A stretch of DNA of 40,931 nt. Origin: a virus (lineage: Duplodnaviria; Caudoviricetes). Numbering within the stretch: the first letter of the stretch is position 1; each line of letters starts with the position of its first letter. The translations under genes and the position numbers were made by a program. The notes under the pieces were generated by a model. The model saw nothing but the letters and a program-made list of their open reading frames with translations. It made no database searches and was not told where the DNA came from. Location of the stretch: positions 1 to 40,931 of the IMG/VR virus record IMGVR_UViG_3300021066_000039; one strand, written 5' to 3'. This document shows, in pieces, positions 36,818 through 40,931 of this stretch.

Positions 36818-36901
36818 TGGGAAGAGTAGGAGTCGCACCTACGGAGAGGAAACCTCGATAGCTTTACAGGCTACCCCGACCCTCTATCGGTATATCTGCC
36901 C
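36818..36901 (-). tRNA. tRNA-Tyr(GUA), atypical
   Basis: Acceptor GGGCAGA/TCTTCCC-A; anticodon arm GTAGC-CTGTAAA-GCTAT; long variable arm; T arm GTAGG-TGCGACT-CCTAC; no encoded CCA. Confidence 0.8.
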
Positions 36902-37113
36902 ACGCATTACCCCTCTATGAGATGAGCTTAAAAGAAGGGGTAAGGTTTGACTTACATAACGATTGTGGTTGCATCACGATTCCACTCGTTGAAGGTTACT
37001 TTGATGCCTCGCATAACCCACCTGGTAGCACTCGAAGTCTACTTACGGCTCACTGTCCGCCACCCTTCTTTAAAACTCACCTCTTTGTAAATGTACCTTC
37101 CTGTTTATAGACA

Positions 37114-37200
37114 GGTGGCGGAGAGAATGTAACGCCCTCTCCTTAGTAAGAATTTTGCTTAAGCTACTTACTAATCTATGCGACGGGTCGCCCCGCCACC
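37114..37200 (-). ncRNA. tRNA-like cloverleaf RNA
   Basis: 7-bp acceptor-like stem GGTGGCG/CGCCACC with three arms; loops are non-canonical. Confidence 0.5.
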
Positions 37201-37362
37201 TACCTACAAACTTAATAAACGAATAAATAATACTTTTTTGTTTATATTCTGTCTAGATAGATAGGAGTCTTCAATCGTCTCTGGTAATTCCGATCAACAA
37301 CTCCTGTCTATCTACAAGAATAAAGGGCATACAGTCGTTGGCTAAATGCCCCTAATTTATTT

Positions 37363-37800
37363 TTAGACACTTTTTCCTTTTCCTCCGAAGTACTTCCAGA
37401 CGAGTTTGACTTCGTTCTGGCCGACAGTGACCTCGTAAACCTCCTGGAACAGCGTGCCTTCATCGTTCCAGATGCCCGCCCAGTACTTCCCTCCGTCCTT
37501 CTGTTCGGAGAGCGGGATGACGAAGATCGTGCAGACCTTCTTCACTTCACCCCCCTTGTCCCACTTCCCGCTCTTGTCGAAAGGGCACGTCCCGCGAAGG
37601 ATGGCCACCTTGCCTTCGAGTGCGGGGATGGTCTCGTGGTTCGCTTTCGCCTCCCTCATCATGAGAGCTGAGATGATCACGACAGCCAGGATGCCGAGTG
37701 CTAAGGTTGCGAAACCTTTGCACACGAACAAGTTGAACTTGTCGAGATCGTCTTTGGCTTTCTGCATCTCCTTCTGTGCGAGTCTATCCTTGAATCTCAT
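37363..37800 (-). CDS. Membrane/secreted hypothetical protein (GC-rich, SD-led)
   Basis: TM helix followed by AKA; AGGAGG upstream. Confidence 0.75.
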   Translation of the reverse strand: MRFKDRLAQKEMQKAKDDLDKFNLFVCKGFATLALGILAVVIISALMMREAKANHETIPALEGKVAILRGTCPFDKSGKWDKGGEVKKVCTIFVIPLSEQKDGGKYWAGIWNDEGTLFQEVYEVTVGQNEVKLVWKYFGGKGKSV

Positions 37801-37808
37801 GTTACCTC

Positions 37809-37997
37809 CTATGAAAAGAGTTTGCGGTAAATCTCCTTTGACTTACACTTTCTTGGTTCGTACTTCTCGTTTCCGAGAGGTATTTCGACGCTTATGCCTT
37901 TGCCTCTTATGCACCAGTCGGCTTTTTCGAAGTTCGGCGTTGCGCAACCGGATAAGGCGAAGACAATAAGACATCCACTCATTCGACCAATGCACAT
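37809..37997 (-). CDS. Small lipoprotein-like protein
   Basis: Lipobox LSGC; AGGAGG upstream. Confidence 0.6.
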   Translation of the reverse strand: MCIGRMSGCLIVFALSGCATPNFEKADWCIRGKGISVEIPLGNEKYEPRKCKSKEIYRKLFS

Positions 37998-38005
37998 TTC
38001 ACCTC

Positions 38006-38350
38006 CTAAAGATTGCGTTGATTAGCGTCCTTAAGAGGCGGACACCTACCTTCTTTGTGTTGAAAGTTGCCATCAGGGGTTTCTTCGTAGAGTTCTTTTT
38101 CTTTGTCTATTTCCATACAACACCTGATGCAAAGTGGATGCTTTTCAGCTTCGATTACCTTTTCATTGTGTTCGATTACTTCCCACTTCAGAGCTTCTTC
38201 CATAGCCCTTAGTTTTTCGCCGACTTCTCCTGTTGCTTTTACACGATTGTTCCCGCCGTTCATGAAAAGATAAGCAAAGTCTGTTTCCTTGTAACCCTCC
38301 AGAGTGAAAATGAGGACTAACTGCTTACCCTTTAAATATCGGGCATACAT
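38006..38350 (-). CDS. Hypothetical protein (Cys/His-containing C-terminus)
   Basis: ORF track; AGGAGG upstream. Confidence 0.7.
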   Translation of the reverse strand: MYARYLKGKQLVLIFTLEGYKETDFAYLFMNGGNNRVKATGEVGEKLRAMEEALKWEVIEHNEKVIEAEKHPLCIRCCMEIDKEKELYEETPDGNFQHKEGRCPPLKDANQRNL

Positions 38351-38358
38351 ATGTCCTC

Positions 38359-38604
38359 CTAGTCAGTGTGGAAGGTTGGCTTGCGTTCTCCTTTTTTCAT
38401 GTCGTGCCACTTCTTTTCGTATTTTCTTGCCGCGTACTTGTGGTACAGAACAGCAAACTTCGAGACTGAATAGGCAAACAGATGAAACAAAGCCATGAAC
38501 CACGATCCGTTTGCTACGCAGTAAGCAAGTCCCACATAGTGTCTGCGAGACAAATCATAGTGGTACTCGCCCGCTTTCTTGTGAAGCATGACTTCGACAT
38601 ACAT
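38359..38604 (-). CDS. Hypothetical protein
   Basis: ORF track; AGGAGG upstream. Confidence 0.65.
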   Translation of the reverse strand: MYVEVMLHKKAGEYHYDLSRRHYVGLAYCVANGSWFMALFHLFAYSVSKFAVLYHKYAARKYEKKWHDMKKGERKPTFHTD

Positions 38605-38613
38605 AGTGGCCTC

Positions 38614-38793
38614 CTAATGGTTATGTTTGGCGATAAGTGCCTCTCTTTCCTCTTTAGTAAGAGCGTTCCATCTTGTGTTACAGGAATGACTACAGGTTCC
38701 GAGTCCGTTGCCGATGCGCGAACCATAACTTGCTTGCATTGTGTTCGGGCACATTACGCAACGAAGTCTTTTTTGCAAAGAAAAATCCTTCAT
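38614..38793 (-). CDS. Small Zn-finger-like protein
   Basis: CxxC...CSxxC; AGGAGA upstream of MKDFSL. Confidence 0.65.
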   Translation of the reverse strand: MKDFSLQKRLRCVMCPNTMQASYGSRIGNGLGTCSHSCNTRWNALTKEEREALIAKHNH

Positions 38794-38820
38794 AACTTCT
38801 CCTTTTAAAGATCCATTACG

Positions 38821-38854
38821 AAATACCATCTTGTCCAAACTAAAAGTTGTCAAG
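38821..38854 (-). promoter_or_regulatory. Conserved 34-bp promoter/operator motif, copy 3
   Basis: 28/34 identical to 341-374. Confidence 0.7.
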
Positions 38855-38881
38855 ACATAAAAAGCCTTATTTTATAAGGGT

Positions 38882-39049
38882 TTATTGAATATCCTTAGCT
38901 ACGCGGTTTACTGCCACGAGAAAACTAAGAATCATAGTAGCCCACTCAGTTGAGATTAAGCTCGTTTCCTGTAATGCAGGAATAAAAGCTATAACACTCG
39001 CAATAATTGAAAGCCAAAATGTTTTTGATTTTAAGAATGAAAATTTCAT
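38882..39049 (-). CDS. Putative holin
   Basis: 55 aa, two TM segments, KSKTFW motif; coupled to the endolysin candidate. Confidence 0.65.
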   Translation of the reverse strand: MKFSFLKSKTFWLSIIASVIAFIPALQETSLISTEWATMILSFLVAVNRVAKDIQ

Positions 39050-40131
39050 GTTTGTGTGTCTAGGGAATAATTTTGATTGAGCCACGCAATAGTCTGTTTC
39101 CTACATGCTCCGTTTGCTTGTTTAATATCTGCCTCACTAGCAATTTTGTATTTTCTTTGTAGCTTCATAACGCCGAGTCTAGTTTGGTTTAAAAAGTTTC
39201 CTGTACTTGGTATGTTTTTGTCCATACAGTCTTCGTACTTCAGAATATCTTGTAGTGCTACTACATCTTTATCTTCGCGTAATCCGTAAGTCAAATATTT
39301 GGTGAATTTGTAGGTAGGTTTGTTCGGTTTTTCAAGGTTAGGTAGATCTATTACATACCCAACTGCTTCAACTCGCTCATCAATAAATTCTTGATCAATA
39401 AATCTCCAGCCATTTTTTCCGTATTTAGTCCCCCAACTATCTAGACTAGCGAGTTTTTTAAACCCATCCTTAAGACCAAAAGCTGGCCATGGGTTAAAAT
39501 GATTCACCTCAAAGCGATCCACTCCAATTTTCATCTCTGGATGTAATACTTCCGGATTTTCTGTCCATTCATCAAACTGGCATCTGACTATGTAAATAGG
39601 CGTGTGCCCCTTATTAATTACATCCGCGATTGCTTCAATATCTTTTCTTATAAATATAAAACTCTTTCCCCTTCTCTTTAAAGCATCCTGTATTTGTTCT
39701 AAAGTAAATTGCTTATTATCTAAATCGGAATCCCCTTTATTATCCGAAGACAATCCGGTATCTAGGGGCATTCCCACAGAACACATAAGTTCAAACAGCT
39801 CTATCATGTTCATCCCAGGCGAAGGCTTGTTGGATCTTTTTTGATAGATGAAAGCCGGATCTAATACTTCGTATTTCCCATTTTCTACCTCACTATTCCT
39901 ACCTAAAGCTACAGACGCGGCGAAAGGACCACATGCCCCTGACCCATCTTGATTTCTTACAGGGTAATTAGGTAAAACCATCTCTTTCCACTCAAGAGGT
40001 GCTGTTGAGTAGCCAAAAAACTCCTCATGCTGGTAATCTTTTGCCTTCTCAGAAGGAGAACGGGTATCTTGGCTTGCTCCGTTATATCTCTCCTTTATAA
40101 ATAACTTGAGAAGTTTTAGTAAAAATTTCAT
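39046..40131 (-). CDS. Papain-like (C1) cysteine peptidase with peptidoglycan-binding-like C-terminus; putative endolysin
   Basis: RNQDGSGAC, NH, DSWG..YG..G; LTYG..DVVALQ..L..TGNF...T. Confidence 0.75.
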   Translation of the reverse strand: MKFLLKLLKLFIKERYNGASQDTRSPSEKAKDYQHEEFFGYSTAPLEWKEMVLPNYPVRNQDGSGACGPFAASVALGRNSEVENGKYEVLDPAFIYQKRSNKPSPGMNMIELFELMCSVGMPLDTGLSSDNKGDSDLDNKQFTLEQIQDALKRRGKSFIFIRKDIEAIADVINKGHTPIYIVRCQFDEWTENPEVLHPEMKIGVDRFEVNHFNPWPAFGLKDGFKKLASLDSWGTKYGKNGWRFIDQEFIDERVEAVGYVIDLPNLEKPNKPTYKFTKYLTYGLREDKDVVALQDILKYEDCMDKNIPSTGNFLNQTRLGVMKLQRKYKIASEADIKQANGACRKQTIAWLNQNYSLDTQT

Positions 40132-40394
40132 TTTATTAACTTAAAGAAACCAGCGACAGCAGAAAGACCTAAAATAATGGCCACAAATATCTTAAATACT
40201 GTGTAAGCTCCCTTGGCGTTTTTAAAAGCTTCTATTGTTGGCTGGGCATCTACCTTCCAAGCGGTATCGTCCTTTATATACTCGCTTAATTCATGTCTTA
40301 AGCCGTCAATTTTGCCATTCACTTTCTCCTGAATGGCATCATGAATAGTTGATTTGATTATGGCAAGTAATTTTTCTTCCATATTATTTGACAA
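40128..40394 (-). CDS. Lysis-module protein with a C-terminal membrane anchor
   Basis: Helical N-terminus plus one TM segment; overlaps the start of the endolysin candidate. Confidence 0.65.
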   Translation of the reverse strand: MSNNMEEKLLAIIKSTIHDAIQEKVNGKIDGLRHELSEYIKDDTAWKVDAQPTIEAFKNAKGAYTVFKIFVAIILGLSAVAGFFKLIK

Positions 40395-40931
40395 AGAAGT
40401 TATAAGTTAATACACTAAAGTAACTGGAGATTCCAGTCACGGAAGCAAGTCTAAAAAGCACTCTTTTCAGGACCCCATCAATAGAAATATTGGTGGTGCC
40501 GTGAAAGGAGTATTTTTTATTAGATTTGAAAACAGAAAAAGCACTACTTATTGGGTGCATCGTGGGCCAGGAAGCTGATTTGTACTGACGTACAATATAA
40601 CCTGAAAATTTATAGCCAAGGAGTTTGATTCTCCCCTGGTCCACAATGTCCCCAATAAAAAGTGCTTTACTCTTATACCCTACACCTTCCTTAGACGTCT
40701 GTAAAGGGGATAACTTACTTGACAAAATACCCCTTACTAGTAGGGTTAGTGGTATATAAGCGTATATGTCAGTTTTACTAGATTTGATTTTTGACAATAC
40801 TCCCCACTTTATATCCTTCATAGACCTAATTTCTAAAAAAGACTTGTAATTTATAGAAATATTAATCGCTCGTTTTGCAATCAGTGATACAGCCTCGCTA
40901 TACCAATTTTTGTCTGACCAATCTCGAAACA
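40384..40931 (-). CDS. Hypothetical protein spanning the circular junction (start probably at or upstream of nt 176)
   Basis: The frame stays open across the junction; in-frame ATGs at 176, 392, 431 and 473. Confidence 0.5.
   Translation of the reverse strand, partial: FRDWSDKNWYSEAVSLIAKRAINISINYKSFLEIRSMKDIKWGVLSKIKSSKTDIYAYIPLTLLVRGILSSKLSPLQTSKEGVGYKSKALFIGDIVDQGRIKLLGYKFSGYIVRQYKSASWPTMHPISSAFSVFKSNKKYSFHGTTNISIDGVLKRVLFRLASVTGISSYFSVLTYNFFVK
40805..40931. repeat. Terminal direct repeat, copy 2
   Basis: Identical to 1-127. Confidence 0.95.

Larger units (their letters stand above)
36591..37314 (-). ncRNA. Cluster of about six stem-enclosed structured RNA modules
   Basis: Successive long inverted repeats, each enclosing internal hairpins; no credible ORF. 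Confidence 0.6.

Noticed and set aside
36922-37110. 62-aa plus-strand ORF
   Set aside because: Overlaps structured RNA modules and has no recognisable protein features
40719-40849. Plus-strand promoter-like TTGACA-16-TAGGGT and a 27-aa ORF
   Set aside because: Lies inside the minus-strand junction ORF and the peptide looks like shadow sequence; insufficient support

Overview
The window is an apparently complete, circularly assembled ~40.8-kb temperate podovirus-like phage genome. Bases 1-127 equal 40805-40931, most likely an assembler overlap. Almost all genes are on the minus strand. In transcription order they are: a tyrosine integrase; early recombination/replication genes (ERF, SSB, initiator, NinG-like, metallophosphoesterase, two small HTH proteins); a ~8.8-kb nucleotide-sugar synthesis and glycosyltransferase operon running into terminase, P22-like portal, scaffold, capsid and tail/ejection genes; lysis genes; a small cassette led by Shine-Dalgarno (SD) sites; and an RNA-rich region with a tRNA-Tyr. 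Most genes lack SD sites, which is compatible with a CPR/Patescibacteria host (inference only). The most unusual signals are: (1) three tandem, apparently individually promoted antisense small-RNA units inside a ~470-nt leader with a long-range antiterminator/terminator switch, in a phage with no recognisable CI/Cro switch; (2) a run of about six stem-enclosed RNA modules, including a tRNA and a tRNA-like cloverleaf; (3) a complex sugar pathway apparently co-transcribed with the virion genes; (4) a 34-bp motif repeated in front of three operons. All structures were read by eye and need computational and experimental confirmation.
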